Below, one piece after another: positions 44,093 to 55,707 of a stretch of 64,000 nt of DNA. Position 1 is the first letter of the stretch, and every line of letters starts with the position of its first letter. This stretch comes from Patescibacteria group bacterium (GTDB lineage: Bacteria > Patescibacteriota > Patescibacteriia > Magasanikbacterales > UBA922): assembly GCA_041651535.1 (NCBI GenBank), contig JBAZIZ010000004.1, positions 24,341 through 88,340 on the forward strand. Direction: 5' to 3'. The translations under genes and the position numbers were made by a program. The notes beneath the pieces were generated by a model. That model was not told where the DNA came from and made no database searches. It saw only the letters and a list, made by a program, of their open reading frames with translations.

Positions 44093-47000
44093 TTATTCTT
44101 CATCATTTTCCCTTTGTCTGCTATTTTCGACAGCATTTCCATAATGTTTTGGCCCCATTTCTCGAACTTGAGAAACTTCTTCAACTGGAGTGTATTGTTC
44201 TTCTTCCATTTTTTTCATCAATTCAACATCAAGAGCCAAACCTTTCATTTCTCTAATTAAAACATTAAAGGATTCTGGCAAGTTAATTTTATTTATTGGT
44301 TCGCCTTTAATAATTGCTTCATAAGCTTTTGCTCTTCCAGGAACATCATCAGATTTGATAGTTAAAATTTCTTGAAGAGTGTGTGCAGCTCCATAAGCTT
44401 GGAGTGCCCAAACTTCCATTTCTCCAAATCTTTGACCACCAAATTGAGCTTTACCACCTAAAGGTTGTTGAGTGATTAAACTGTAAGGACCGATAGAACG
44501 TTGGTGAATTTTATCTTCTACCATGTGATTCAATTTTAACATATAACTGTAACCAACAGTTGTTTTGTTATCATATGCTTCACCTGTTCGGCCATCAAAT
44601 AATTGTAGTTGTCCATCAGTTGAAAATCCAGCTTTCTTAAGTTCTTCTTCAATTTGTTTTTCAGTAATTCCGTTTAAAACTGGGGTAGCAACTTTATAAC
44701 CTAAAGCATTAGCTGCTAAACCTAAGTGATTTTCTAAAATTTGTCCCAAATTCATACGAGAAACAACTCCGAGAGGAGATAAAATTATATCAACAGGAGT
44801 ACCATCTTCTAAAAATGGCATGTCTTCACTAGGGACAACTTTAGAAATAACACCTTTATTTCCATGACGACCGGCCATTTTATCTCCAACTTGAATTTTT
44901 CTCATATCAGCCACTGTAACTTGGACTTGTTTCATAACTCCAGGTTGTAATTTATCACCCGCTTCAGCAGAAAACACTTTTATATCAATTACTTTTCCTT
45001 TTTCGCCATGTTCCAAATACATAGAAGAATCACGAACATCACGAGCTTTTTCTCCAAAAATTGCACGAAGCAATCTTTCTTCTGGAGTTAATTCAGTTTC
45101 TCCTTTTGGGGTAATTTTTCCAACTAAAATATCGCCAGAATGTACTTCAGCTCCAATTCTAACAATTCCTTCAGAATCTAAATTTCTTAATTTTTCTTCG
45201 CCAACATTTGGGATATCATTAGTAATAACTTCTTCTCCTAATTTTGTTTCACGTACATCAATTTTATAATCTTCAATATGAATCGAAGTATAACGATCTT
45301 TTCTAACAAGTCTATCAGAAATAATTACAGCATCTTCATAATTGAAACCATCCCAAACCATATAAGCAACCAAAACATTTTGGCCTAAAGCTAATTCGCC
45401 ATCTTTAATACTAGGACCATCAGTCATTGGATCGCCTTTTTTTAATTTTTGATTTAATTCAACACAAGGTCTTTGATTTAAACAACTTGAAGCGTTGGAA
45501 CGTACATATTTTCCAATATTATAATTATATGTTTTACCTTTTTTATCAGTAAATTCTATTTTTGAACCATCAACATAAGTTACAATTCCATCAGCTGGTG
45601 CAGGAATAACATAACCACTATTAAAAGCAGCAGCTTTTTCCATACCAGTTCCAACTAAAGGTGGTTCTGGCATGATACAAGGAACTGATTGACGTTGCAT
45701 GTTTGTTCCCATCAAAGCACGAGTAGCATCATCATGTTCCAAAAATGGAATAATACTAGTAGCCACTGATAAAATTTGATTTGAAGCAACATCTACATAA
45801 CAAATATTTTCTACTTCTGTAACTTGAGCTTCACCATGAACACGAGCAGAAATTCTTTCATCAATAAAATATCCTTTTTCATCAATAGGAGTAGTGGCAC
45901 TAGCAGTAATAGTTCTTTCTTCTTCAAAAGAATTTAAATAAACAACTTCATTAGAAACACGAGGTTTTATTTTTATTTCTTTTTCTTTACATTCTTTTGC
46001 TATTTTTTTTGCAATATCTGCAGTAATTTTTTCACCTTTTTTAACAATATTTTTTATAGTTTCTCCAGCTATTTCTCCTTCAGTAAATTTTTCATTATTT
46101 TGAACTAAATTCAAAACTTTTCGATAAGGAGTTTCTATAAAACCAAATTGATTAACTTTAGCAAATGATGATAAATGGTTTACCAAACCGATATTTGGTC
46201 CTTCTGGAGTAGCAATTGGACAAATTCTACCATAATGAGTTTTGTGAACATCACGAACTTCAAATCCTGCTCGATCACGACTTAAACCACCAGGTCCTAA
46301 AGCTGAGATACGTCGTTTATGTTCAAGTTCAGCCAAAGGATTTACTTGGTCCATGAATTGAGATAATTGAGAACTCATAAAAAATTCTCTGATCACAGAA
46401 ATAACTGGACGAGCATTTATAAGTTTACTTGGTGAAATTGATTCTAAATCTATAGTACTCATTCTATCTTTAACAATTCTTTCCATTCTGGCCATACCAA
46501 TTCTAAAACGATTTTGAACTAATTCACCAACACCACGAATACGTCTATTTCCTAAATGATCTATATCATCAGCTTCTTCTTGGGTAACATTTAATCTAAT
46601 AACTTCTTTTAAAACTTGAATCAATTTTTCTGGAGACAAAACTCTTTGTTCTTTATTATCAAAATCTTCTTCTTTAAGACCAATTTTAAATTTAGTATTA
46701 AATTTATAAACACCAACTTTACCTAAATCATAACGATCAAAATTAAAAAACATTGAGTGAATCAAACTTTTTGCATTATCAGCTGTAGCTAAATCACCTG
46801 GTCGAATACGACGATATACTTCTATTAAACCTTCGTCTTCATTTGAAGCAACATCTTTTTTCAAAGTTTCTTCAATAAAATCAATATGTGGATGATTATT
46901 TACATCAGCAAAAATCTTTTTTATTTCTTCATTATCTGAAACACCAAAAGCTTTAAGCAAAGAAGTAGCTGCCACTTTTCTTTTTCGATCAACTTTTATC

Positions 47001-47545
47001 CAAAGTACATTATTTTGATCAGTTTCTATTTCTATCCAAGCACCTCGATTTGGAATAATTTTAGCTCCATAAAATCTTCTGCCACGGACAGTTTCATCAG
47101 TAAAAAATGCTCCAGCACTTCTAATTAATTGAGAAACGACAACTCTTTCAATACCGTTAATTACAAAAGTACCTCTGCTAGTCATTAAAGGAACATCACC
47201 TAAATAAATTTCTTGTTTTTCTGTTTTACCAGTTCTTTTATTTGTTAATCTAACATTAACCCGTAATGGTGCTTCATAAGTAATATTTTTGTTACGACAC
47301 ATCACTTCATCAAATTTTGCCTCATCTAAATAATATTCTTCAAAATATAATTCTAAATCTCTGCCAGTAAAATCAATAACTGGAGAAATTTCATCAAAAA
47401 TTTCTCTTAAACCTTCTTTGAAAAACCAATCATAAGATGATTGCTGTACTTCTATTAAATTAGGAACTTCTATTACATCTCTTACTGAAGTAAAAAATTT
47501 TCGCTCTAAGGTCTTCAGAGCTTGTCTTTTGTAAACTGGAGCCAT
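44093..47545 (-). CDS. rpoB: RNA polymerase beta subunit
   Basis: GDKMAGRHGNKG, SQFMDQ and GGQRFGEME motifs. Confidence 0.99.
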   Translation of the reverse strand: MAPVYKRQALKTLERKFFTSVRDVIEVPNLIEVQQSSYDWFFKEGLREIFDEISPVIDFTGRDLELYFEEYYLDEAKFDEVMCRNKNITYEAPLRVNVRLTNKRTGKTEKQEIYLGDVPLMTSRGTFVINGIERVVVSQLIRSAGAFFTDETVRGRRFYGAKIIPNRGAWIEIETDQNNVLWIKVDRKRKVAATSLLKAFGVSDNEEIKKIFADVNNHPHIDFIEETLKKDVASNEDEGLIEVYRRIRPGDLATADNAKSLIHSMFFNFDRYDLGKVGVYKFNTKFKIGLKEEDFDNKEQRVLSPEKLIQVLKEVIRLNVTQEEADDIDHLGNRRIRGVGELVQNRFRIGMARMERIVKDRMSTIDLESISPSKLINARPVISVIREFFMSSQLSQFMDQVNPLAELEHKRRISALGPGGLSRDRAGFEVRDVHKTHYGRICPIATPEGPNIGLVNHLSSFAKVNQFGFIETPYRKVLNLVQNNEKFTEGEIAGETIKNIVKKGEKITADIAKKIAKECKEKEIKIKPRVSNEVVYLNSFEEERTITASATTPIDEKGYFIDERISARVHGEAQVTEVENICYVDVASNQILSVATSIIPFLEHDDATRALMGTNMQRQSVPCIMPEPPLVGTGMEKAAAFNSGYVIPAPADGIVTYVDGSKIEFTDKKGKTYNYNIGKYVRSNASSCLNQRPCVELNQKLKKGDPMTDGPSIKDGELALGQNVLVAYMVWDGFNYEDAVIISDRLVRKDRYTSIHIEDYKIDVRETKLGEEVITNDIPNVGEEKLRNLDSEGIVRIGAEVHSGDILVGKITPKGETELTPEERLLRAIFGEKARDVRDSSMYLEHGEKGKVIDIKVFSAEAGDKLQPGVMKQVQVTVADMRKIQVGDKMAGRHGNKGVISKVVPSEDMPFLEDGTPVDIILSPLGVVSRMNLGQILENHLGLAANALGYKVATPVLNGITEKQIEEELKKAGFSTDGQLQLFDGRTGEAYDNKTTVGYSYMLKLNHMVEDKIHQRSIGPYSLITQQPLGGKAQFGGQRFGEMEVWALQAYGAAHTLQEILTIKSDDVPGRAKAYEAIIKGEPINKINLPESFNVLIREMKGLALDVELMKKMEEEQYTPVEEVSQVREMGPKHYGNAVENSRQRENDEE

Positions 47546-47788
47546 AAATAAATTTGATTAAAATATTTATTAATTTGATAATTTTATAGATTCTTTTTTT
47601 AAGTACAATTATTTAAAAACAAAAAAATTCCTTGTTTTTAAGGATTAAAAAAGAAATGATTAGTTGTTGAAAGATTTTGATCTCATGTAATATCCGGATA
47701 ATAGGCTTTTGCCTTGCTCTAAAACCAGAATTTTTCGCTTAATAAAGCGAAAATTTGCATCTAAAACGAGTATTTTTCTAGTGAATTT

Positions 47789-47817
47789 ATAATACACTAA
47801 TAAAAAGTTCTTGTCAA
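47789..47817 (-). promoter_or_regulatory. rpoBC promoter
   Basis: TTGACA-17-TATTAT, about 240 nt upstream of the ATG. Confidence 0.7.
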
Positions 47818-47826
47818 ATAAGAACA

Positions 47827-47928
47827 AGTGGATAACTTTTTGTCAATTTTTTTATTTTTTCGCTAATTATAGATAAAAAAATAAAAATAATTTTTAAAAA
47901 AATAATTTTATTCACAATTTTATCCACA
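47827..47928. promoter_or_regulatory. Cluster of three DnaA-box-like motifs
   Basis: AGTGGATAA at 47827, TTATTCACA at 47908, TTATCCACA at 47920. Confidence 0.6.
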
Positions 47929-47994
47929 GCTTGGCTAATTTTAGGCAAAAAAAATAATTTGACAAAAAAAATTAAATATACAAATACCTGATAT

Positions 47995-49827
47995 TTAATT
48001 TTTAAAATCCATAATTTCTTCAAATTCTTTTTGTTCAACTGTTTCTTTTTCTATAAGATGTTTAACTAGATTATCCATTTGACTGCGTTTTTCTTTAATT
48101 AATTTTTCAGCTCTATTTTCAGCATTTTTAAGCAAACTATTTATTTCTCCGTCTATTATTTCAGCTGTTTTTTCTGAATAATTTGTTTTTTCATGAATTT
48201 CTTGTGCTAAAAAAATCAATTCTTCATTTTCAGAATATTGTCTTGGTCCAAGTTTATCGCTCATACCATATTTCAAAACCATTGTTTTGGCAATTTGAGT
48301 AGCTTTTTTTAAATCACTTGAAGGACCAGTACTAAGATTTTCTTTACCATAAATCATTTTTTCAGTTACATAACCACCTAAAATCATAGCTAAATCATCT
48401 TCAAATTGTGCATAAGTTTTGTATAACACATCTTTTTCTGGTGTGCTCAAAGTATAACCACCAGCTAGACCACGACCAATAATAGATACTTTACGAATTG
48501 GATGGCAATTTGGTAAAAAATGCCCAACAATTGCATGGCCAGCTTCATGATAAGCAGTCATTTCTTTTTCTTTTTCAGTCATTATTTTTGATTTTTTTTC
48601 TGGACCTAAAATAACTTTTTCAATTGCTTCAAAAACATCATTTTCTTCTATAATTTTTTTATTTTTTCTAACAGCTAAAATTGCAGCTTCATTTAATAAA
48701 TTTTCCAATTCTGCTCCAGAAAATCCTGGAGTTCTTTCAGCAATTTTTCTAATAGAAATTTTCTTTTCTAAAGGTTTATTTTTTGCGTGTACTTCTAAAA
48801 TTTCTAATCTGTCTTCTAAATCTGGCATATCAATAACTATACGACGATCAAATCTGCCAGGTCTTAATAAAGCTGGATCCAAAACATCAGGACGATTTGT
48901 TGCCGCAACGACAATTACTCCTAAATTTGGTTCAAAACCATCCATTTCAACCAAAATTTGATTCAAAGTTTGTTCTCTTTCATCATGACTTCCCCCAAGT
49001 CCAGATCCTCTTTTTCGGCCAACAGCATCTATTTCATCAATAAAAACTATGGCTGGAGTTGATTTTTTTGCATTATCAAATAAATCTCTGACACGACTTG
49101 CACCAACTCCAACAAACATTTCTACAAACTCTGAACCAGAAATATGAAAAAAAGGCACTCCAGCTTCACCAGCAACTGCTTTAGCTAAAAGTGTTTTTCC
49201 TGTTCCAGGAGCACCCATAAGTAAAACTCCTTTAGGAATTTTTGCACCCATATTAGAAAATTTCTTTGGATCTTTCAAAAAATCAACTATTTCTAACAAT
49301 TCTTCTTTTGCCTCTTTTGCTCCAGCAACATCTTTGAAAGTTTTTTTATTTTTATCGTCTGGTTTAGAAATTTTAGCGTTAGTCTTTCCAAAACCCATCG
49401 CTTTATTATTTGCTCCTTGGACTTGTCGAGAAAAAAAATAAATTAAAAAAATAAAAAGTAATAATGGCATTATCCAAGGCACAATCAAAGAAAGCCAGAA
49501 AGAAAAACCAGATTCTTCTTTGACACTGATATTTATTTTGTCAATTTTGTTTTTATCTAAATTATAACTAGCAATCAATTCATAAAAAGATTGATTTGCT
49601 AATAGTTTTATTTTTAAATCTGCACTGTCTGTGCCTTTTAGATCCAAGACAACATAATTATTATGAAGAGAGATATTTTCAACATTTTCATTATTGATTT
49701 CACTGATCATTTTTGTTATATCAGCTTCTTCTGTTTTATTTTTTGATAATTCAAAAGAACTTACTAATGTGGCAATTATTAGTAAAGCCAAAAAAATAAA
49801 CAGAAAATTTTTAAACAAATTTTTCAT
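47995..49827 (-). CDS. ftsH: ATP-dependent zinc metalloprotease FtsH
   Basis: Walker [21 protein letters not shown], two N-terminal TM segments; promoter TTGACT-17-TATAAT at 49862-49890. Confidence 0.98.
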   Translation of the reverse strand: MKNLFKNFLFIFLALLIIATLVSSFELSKNKTEEADITKMISEINNENVENISLHNNYVVLDLKGTDSADLKIKLLANQSFYELIASYNLDKNKIDKINISVKEESGFSFWLSLIVPWIMPLLLFIFLIYFFSRQVQGANNKAMGFGKTNAKISKPDDKNKKTFKDVAGAKEAKEELLEIVDFLKDPKKFSNMGAKIPKGVLLMGAPGTGKTLLAKAVAGEAGVPFFHISGSEFVEMFVGVGASRVRDLFDNAKKSTPAIVFIDEIDAVGRKRGSGLGGSHDEREQTLNQILVEMDGFEPNLGVIVVAATNRPDVLDPALLRPGRFDRRIVIDMPDLEDRLEILEVHAKNKPLEKKISIRKIAERTPGFSGAELENLLNEAAILAVRKNKKIIEENDVFEAIEKVILGPEKKSKIMTEKEKEMTAYHEAGHAIVGHFLPNCHPIRKVSIIGRGLAGGYTLSTPEKDVLYKTYAQFEDDLAMILGGYVTEKMIYGKENLSTGPSSDLKKATQIAKTMVLKYGMSDKLGPRQYSENEELIFLAQEIHEKTNYSEKTAEIIDGEINSLLKNAENRAEKLIKEKRSQMDNLVKHLIEKETVEQKEFEEIMDFKN

Positions 49828-49900
49828 AAATTTATGATTATTTTAGTTATTTATTAGTTGAATTATAGAAAAAAAAAACCGCAAAGTCAAATAACTTATA

Positions 49901-50098
49901 ATTTAAGAATTAAGGGCTGAGAATTAAGATTTATGATTCTTGATTTATGATTTAAGTAAAACATTTTATAAGTCCTAAGTCGAAAGTCAAATGTCAAAAG
50001 TCATATTCTAAAAAATTTTTAAATAAAAAAACCTTACTTTTGAAAAACGAAGCTTTTATTTTTTTAATTCTAAAATTTAAAATCCTAAATCTACAATT
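49901..50098. repeat. Degenerate 7-nt tandem repeats (three tracts)
   Basis: atttaag-aattaag-ggctgag-aattaag-atttatg-attcttg-atttatg-atttaag; aagtcct-aagtcga-aagtcaa-atgtcaa-aagtcat; a third tract near 50065. Confidence 0.7.
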
Positions 50099-50243
50099 AT
50101 TTGTTTTCCACTCTCTCTACTTGTTTACTAACTTTTTTAACTAAATTAAAAAAGGAATAAATAATATGCTGGGCAAGATATTGACAAAATAGAAAAAAAT
50201 GCTAATATAAAAATAATTTTTTTATCAATTAAGGAGAGAAAAA

Positions 50244-50624
50244 ATGAATGATCAACGTTTGTGTGAATGCCCCGAGTGTGGGAGGGTATGGTTTTCAAGG
50301 AGTCTTTACCCATATTGCCAACAATGTGGTGTAAGAGCAGAAAAGAAAAAAATAGGTATGTCTCATGCAGAAGCATGCGAATGGAATGAAAAAAGGAGAA
50401 TAGAGGAGGAAAAAAAGAAACTAGAAAGTATGCGCAAACTCCAGCTCGAAAACAAAGAGTTATCACAAAAATATTTATCGGATAGAGAAGAACTATTCGA
50501 AAAATATTTTTCTCTTATACAAACGCCAGCGGATTTTTTTCAGGAAGCTATGAATTTATCTGAGCGTGACATAAACAAGTTACGACAGATAGTTGCAGAA
50601 TGGGATAAAATTAACAAAAAATAA
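50244..50624 (+). CDS. Orphan zinc-ribbon plus coiled-coil protein (SD-led class)
   Basis: CPECG...CQQCG; SD AAGGAG; promoter TTGACA-16-TAATAT at 50181-50208; terminator at 50659-50681. Confidence 0.78.
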   Translation: MNDQRLCECPECGRVWFSRSLYPYCQQCGVRAEKKKIGMSHAEACEWNEKRRIEEEKKKLESMRKLQLENKELSQKYLSDREELFEKYFSLIQTPADFFQEAMNLSERDINKLRQIVAEWDKINKK

Positions 50625-50790
50625 CCAAGAAACTTGTATTGGTTATGATCGTTTTATGGGGACTCTCGAAGTCCCTTTTTTAATTCAAAAATTTTTTTGT
50701 TCACCAATTTTTTTATTTTTTTAATTTTGAATTTTTAATCTTATTATGTTATAATACCAAAATCTTAAATTACGATACTTATTTTTTTAT

Positions 50791-53355
50791 ATGTCTAAAC
50801 GTGGACGTCCAATCAAAAAACAAAACTATTCTTCATCTTCTTTGAATCCTCATCTTTCTACTGGAATAATTGCTGTGCTTCTCATAATTTTTGCAGCAAT
50901 TATTTTTTTAAGTTTTTATGAAAAAGCTGGAGTTATTGGAAAAATTATTAATGAATATATTCTAAGTTTTTTGTTTGGTAATATAAAATACACAGTACCT
51001 TTTGTAATTATTGCTCTTGCTGGTTATATGATAAAAGGTAAAGATGAAGAAACCGAATCAACACAAGGAATCGGTGCTTTACTATTTTTTATTTCACTGG
51101 CTGGGATTATGCATTTAAAATTTCCTACATCTGAAATGTGGACAAAATCTTTAGATGGACAAGGTGGTGGTTTATTTGGAATGTCAGCTTGGCTTGCTAA
51201 AACTTATTTAGGCGATATAGCTGCTTATGTTTTATTTTTTGGTTTAGTTTTGATTTCGTTTTTTTTAATTTTTACACCTTCAGTAAAACTATTTATTTCT
51301 TTTTATAAATACTTAACAAATTTCGTAAAATCCACAATTATTTTTTTCTTAAATATCCTTAAAAAACTTTTTATACCAACAATCAGAGATACACAAAATT
51401 TACCTGATGAAATTGATGAAGATGAAGATGATGAATCAGATGATGAGGAAATTGAAAAACATAATTTTAAACATTTAGAAAAAACTGAACAAAATGAAAA
51501 TGACGATGAGGATGAAGAAAAAAAGATTTTAGAAAAAAGAAAAATGATAGAAAAAGAAAATGAAGAAAAAGAAATAAATTCTAATGTAAAAAAAGAAGAA
51601 GATGAAGAAGACGATAGCATTTGGTCAAAAAGAGTAATTATCAAAAAATTACCTCCTTTAGATTTATTAGTTCAGAAAAAAAGTAAACCAACTAGTGGTG
51701 ACATAAAAGCAAATTCTTTAATTATCAGAAATACTTTGCATGAATTTAATATTGATGTTGAAATGGGAGAAATTCAAGTTGGTCCAACAGTAACTCAATT
51801 TACTTTGAAACCACCAAAAGGAGTAAAATTAACCAAAATTACTAGTCTTTCAAATGATTTAGCTTTAGCTCTTGCTGCCCATCCTATCAGAATCGAAGCA
51901 CCTATTCCAGGAAAATCTTTAGTTGGCATAGAAGTTCCAAATCAAAAAACTGCCATGGTTACTTTCAAAGAATTACTTGAATCTAATGAGTTTAGAAAAA
52001 GACCAAATGATGTGATGATTGCTTTGGGAAAAGATGTCGCTGGAAAAACTTGGTTTGCTGATTTACCAAAAATGCCTCACTTACTTATTGCTGGAACTAC
52101 AGGAAGTGGAAAAACAGTTTGTGTAAATACGATTATCATGAGTTTACTTTATGAAAATACAGCCGAAAGTTTAAGATTTATTATGGTTGATCCAAAAAGA
52201 GTTGAACTTACAATGTATAATGGTATTCCTCATTTACTTACTCCTGTAATTACAAATACGCAAAAAACTGTTAATGCTTTGAAATGGACTATTGGCGAAA
52301 TGGAAAGAAGATTTGAATTATTTTCCAAAGTAGGATCACGCAATATTGATTCTTATAATGAAAAATATCCAAATAAAAAAATACCTCACATTGTATTTAT
52401 TATTGACGAACTTGCCGATCTTATGGCTACAGCAGCAAGTGATGTTGAAGCTGGAATTATTCGTTTAGCCCAAATGGCTCGAGCTGTTGGTATTCATTTA
52501 GTTGTAGCTACTCAAAGACCTAGTGTAGATGTTATCACTGGACTTATGAAAGCAAATATACCAGCGAGAATAGCTTTTTCTGTTGCTTCATCAATAGATT
52601 CTAGAACTATTTTAGATTCTCCTGGAGCAGAAAAATTGATTGGAAAAGGAGACATGCTTTTTCAAACTGCAGAACTTGGTAAACCAGTCAGAATACAAGG
52701 TGCTTTTATATCTGAAACTGAATTAAAAAATGTTGTTAGTTATTTAAAAGGAGATGAGGAACCAGAATATGATGAAAGTATTGTGGAAGGAAATAGTAAA
52801 ACTGGAACAGCTAGTATGTTTGGTGGAGCAAATGATAGTCAAGATCCTTTATTTCTTGAAGCTAAACAAGCAATTATTGAAGCAGGAAAAGCCAGTGCTT
52901 CTCTACTTCAACGTCGTCTAAAAGTTGGTTATGCACGAGCCGCTAGAATTTTAGATGAAATGGAAGAAGCAGGAATTATTGGTCCAGCACAAGGAGCAAA
53001 ACCACGTGATATTTTAATAACCGAAGAAGATGCTGCTCAAGATTTTTATTTAAAAAAATTACAAAAAACTAATGATGCTGGTGCAGAAGCAAATTTCTTT
53101 GACAATGATTTTTCAAAAGAAGAAGAAAAAGAAGATGAGGAATTTGAAGATGAATTAGAAAATACAGAAGACGCAGAAAATGAAATGACAAAAATAGAAG
53201 AAGATTTAAATGAAGAAGAAACAGAAGAATCTTTTGATGAAATTATAGAAAATGATACTGAAAAAAATGACGATGAAGAAATTGCTGAAAATGAAGATGA
53301 AGAATTTGATGATGAAGACAAAAAAGAAGAAAAACCTAAAAACATTTTTTTCTAA
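50791..53355 (+). CDS. ftsK: DNA translocase FtsK/SpoIIIE with long acidic linker and tail
   Basis: 4TM N-terminus, HLLIAGTTGSGKT, IDELADLM, ATQRPS, gamma domain SLLQRRLKVGYARAAR. Confidence 0.97.
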   Translation: MSKRGRPIKKQNYSSSSLNPHLSTGIIAVLLIIFAAIIFLSFYEKAGVIGKIINEYILSFLFGNIKYTVPFVIIALAGYMIKGKDEETESTQGIGALLFFISLAGIMHLKFPTSEMWTKSLDGQGGGLFGMSAWLAKTYLGDIAAYVLFFGLVLISFFLIFTPSVKLFISFYKYLTNFVKSTIIFFLNILKKLFIPTIRDTQNLPDEIDEDEDDESDDEEIEKHNFKHLEKTEQNENDDEDEEKKILEKRKMIEKENEEKEINSNVKKEEDEEDDSIWSKRVIIKKLPPLDLLVQKKSKPTSGDIKANSLIIRNTLHEFNIDVEMGEIQVGPTVTQFTLKPPKGVKLTKITSLSNDLALALAAHPIRIEAPIPGKSLVGIEVPNQKTAMVTFKELLESNEFRKRPNDVMIALGKDVAGKTWFADLPKMPHLLIAGTTGSGKTVCVNTIIMSLLYENTAESLRFIMVDPKRVELTMYNGIPHLLTPVITNTQKTVNALKWTIGEMERRFELFSKVGSRNIDSYNEKYPNKKIPHIVFIIDELADLMATAASDVEAGIIRLAQMARAVGIHLVVATQRPSVDVITGLMKANIPARIAFSVASSIDSRTILDSPGAEKLIGKGDMLFQTAELGKPVRIQGAFISETELKNVVSYLKGDEEPEYDESIVEGNSKTGTASMFGGANDSQDPLFLEAKQAIIEAGKASASLLQRRLKVGYARAARILDEMEEAGIIGPAQGAKPRDILITEEDAAQDFYLKKLQKTNDAGAEANFFDNDFSKEEEKEDEEFEDELENTEDAENEMTKIEEDLNEEETEESFDEIIENDTEKNDDEEIAENEDEEFDDEDKKEEKPKNIFF

Positions 53356-53364
53356 AATTTTGTT

Positions 53365-54021
53365 ATGAATGTTTTTAACAAAAAATGTATTTTACCATCA
53401 AAAAGAATTTGTTTAAGATTAAAAAGTTTGCGTTTGGCAAAAAAAATTTCTTTAGAACAAATGGAAAAATGTACAAAAATAAACAAAGAATATTTATTAG
53501 CAATTGAAAATTGTGATTTTGAAAAAATTAATGCAGCCGGAATATACAAAAAAAACTTCATAAAAAAATATGCACAATGTCTAAATGAAGATCCAGAACC
53601 GTTTATCAGACAATTTGAAAATGAAGAAGAAAATAACAATGCTAAATTACAGACAACTAAAATAAATAAATATCAATTAGGAAATTTACCTTTAACTTTA
53701 CGTTATCTTTTAAGTATAGCTTTGATAGCTATTTTTATTTTTTATCTTTTTGGACATATAAATAATATTTTGCGTTCCCCAGCTCTCACAGTTATAACCC
53801 CACAAGATGGTAGTATTGTAAATGAAAACACAATTATAATCAGTGGCGCCACTGAAAAAGAAACTAAAGTTAGTATTAATAAAGAATCAGTCAAAATAAA
53901 TGAAGAAGGTTATTTTAATCAAGAAATAATTTTGTCTCCTGGTATAAATACCATTATAATCAGCGCTGAAAGTAAACACGGCAAAATAACTAAACAAACT
54001 TTAAATATTATATTCAAATAA
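53365..54021 (+). CDS. RodZ-like HTH membrane protein with C-terminal Ig-like domain
   Basis: XRE/HTH_25-like N-terminus (YLLAIE...FIKKYA), one TM segment, beta-rich C-terminus (P.L.V..P.DG, LSPGINTI). Confidence 0.8.
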   Translation: MNVFNKKCILPSKRICLRLKSLRLAKKISLEQMEKCTKINKEYLLAIENCDFEKINAAGIYKKNFIKKYAQCLNEDPEPFIRQFENEEENNNAKLQTTKINKYQLGNLPLTLRYLLSIALIAIFIFYLFGHINNILRSPALTVITPQDGSIVNENTIIISGATEKETKVSINKESVKINEEGYFNQEIILSPGINTIIISAESKHGKITKQTLNIIFK

Positions 54022-54048
54022 AAAACCCGCTTTACAGCGGATTTTTTT
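54020..54048. terminator. Bidirectional terminator
   Basis: AAAAACCCGCT...AGCGGATTTTT. Confidence 0.65.
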
Positions 54049-54403
54049 ATTTTGTTTCTTCAGTTTTTTTAACTGGTTTAATTTCTTTTAATTTCTTTTT
54101 GTAAGTTCTGATATAATAAGGTCTTGATTGTCTAACTTTCATTTGACGAACAAGTTCTATTTTATCAACAACTGGTGAATTTATTGGATAAATTTTTTCT
54201 ACACCATAACCATCAGCATTTTTTCTAACAGTAACGGTTGCTCCAACTTCAGTCCCGTGTTTGATAGCAATTATTATTCCTTCAAAAATCTGTATACGTT
54301 CTTTTTCTTCACCTTTTTTATTTAATTCTTTAATTTTTTGGTGAACACGAACTTCCATACCTGGCTTTAGTTCTTGACGTATATCTTTAATTTCTTTTGA
54401 CAT
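54047..54403 (-). CDS. rplS: 50S ribosomal protein L19
   Basis: KERIQIFEG, TVRK...GVEK and KVRQ motifs. Confidence 0.96.
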   Translation of the reverse strand: MSKEIKDIRQELKPGMEVRVHQKIKELNKKGEEKERIQIFEGIIIAIKHGTEVGATVTVRKNADGYGVEKIYPINSPVVDKIELVRQMKVRQSRPYYIRTYKKKLKEIKPVKKTEETK

Positions 54404-54514
54404 ATTTATTTTTTTAGGGAGAGGTTAATCTATGCAAAACTAACGTCACTTTTTATTTTTAAACTTGAAAATATACTACTATAATTTATATTTTTTGTCA
54501 AGTATTTTGCTTAA

Positions 54515-55570
54515 TTATTCTTCAATTTGTTCAATTTTCCCTGGTTTGCCATTTTCTTCTTCTGGGGCTTCGCCTCTTTTTATAACTTCCCAAATTCCTT
54601 TATTTATTTCTAACATTAATTTAGGATTTTCTTTTAAAAATACTTTGGCTTTTTCACGTCCAACACCTAATTTTATATCATTATATGAATAACTACTACC
54701 TGATTTGCTGACAATTTTGTAAAAAACTCCAGTATCTAATAAATCACCAGCAATAGAAATTCCTTCATTATACATAATATCAAATTCTGTAGTTTTGAAT
54801 GGAGCGGCTACTTTATTTTTGACAACTTTAGCTTTTACACGATTTCCAATTATTTTATCGCCTTGTTTTATTTGGGCTGAGCGACGAACTTCAATTCTAA
54901 CTGATGAATAAAATTTTAAAGCATTTCCACCAGTTGTAGTTTCAGGATTTCCAAAAAATACTCCGATTTTTTGTCTGGTTTGATTGATAAAAACAACAAT
55001 AGTATTTGTCTTACTAACTATACCAGTAAGTTTTCTCAAAGCTTGACTCATAAGTCTAGCTTGAAGTCCCATGTGTGAATCCCCCATTTCACCTTCAATT
55101 TCAGCTTTTGGAACCAAAGCAGCCACTGAATCAACAACTACAACTTCAACAGCATTTGATCTGACTAAAGTTTCCAAAATTTCCAAAGCTTGTTCGCCTG
55201 TATCTGGTTGGGAAATAAATAAATTATTTACATCAACACCAATCTTTCTAGCATAATCTGGATCTAAAGCATGTTCAGCATCGATAAAAGCAGCAACTCC
55301 GCCTTTTTTTTGCACTTCAGCTACGATATGTTGGGCTAAAGTTGTCTTTCCACTAGATTCTGGTCCAAAAATTTCAATTATTCTACCTCTTGGAACTCCG
55401 CCTACTCCTAAAGCAATATCCAATGAAATTGAACCAGTAGTCACTGAATCAACACTAGTTGAATGAGCTTCACCAAAACGCATTATAGAACTATTGCCAT
55501 ATTTTTCTTTTATTTGTTCAATAGCTAAAGCAGCCGCTTCCATTTTTGGATTTTCCGTTTTTTTTGCCAT
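54515..55570 (-). CDS. recA: Recombinase RecA
   Basis: [16 protein letters not shown] and [12 protein letters not shown] motifs; promoter TTGACA-17-TAAAAT at 55603-55631. Confidence 0.99.
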   Translation of the reverse strand: MAKKTENPKMEAAALAIEQIKEKYGNSSIMRFGEAHSTSVDSVTTGSISLDIALGVGGVPRGRIIEIFGPESSGKTTLAQHIVAEVQKKGGVAAFIDAEHALDPDYARKIGVDVNNLFISQPDTGEQALEILETLVRSNAVEVVVVDSVAALVPKAEIEGEMGDSHMGLQARLMSQALRKLTGIVSKTNTIVVFINQTRQKIGVFFGNPETTTGGNALKFYSSVRIEVRRSAQIKQGDKIIGNRVKAKVVKNKVAAPFKTTEFDIMYNEGISIAGDLLDTGVFYKIVSKSGSSYSYNDIKLGVGREKAKVFLKENPKLMLEINKGIWEVIKRGEAPEEENGKPGKIEQIEE

Positions 55571-55707
55571 ATTTTTTTATTTAAAATAAGTATTATTTAA
55601 TAATTTTACTATTTTTAGGTTTTAGTGTCAAATAAAGATATCTTTATTTACTTTATAAAATTATAGTGTTAAAATAAATAAAACTAATATATTATTTAAT
55701 TTTTCTT

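Noticed and set aside
47814-48038. 74-aa ORF and possible oriC between ftsH and rpoB
   Set aside because: The ORF is low-complexity AT-rich sequence over promoter DNA. Only three DnaA boxes are present, there is no dnaA or dnaN nearby, and gene orientation does not switch, so oriC is unsupported.
54404-54470. Possible L19 leader hairpin upstream of rplS
   Set aside because: Only a short weak stem is present, and I could not match it to a known leader.
40123-55570. Inteins or introns in rpoC, rpoB, ftsK or recA
   Set aside because: Lengths are normal and I saw no splicing or homing-endonuclease motifs.
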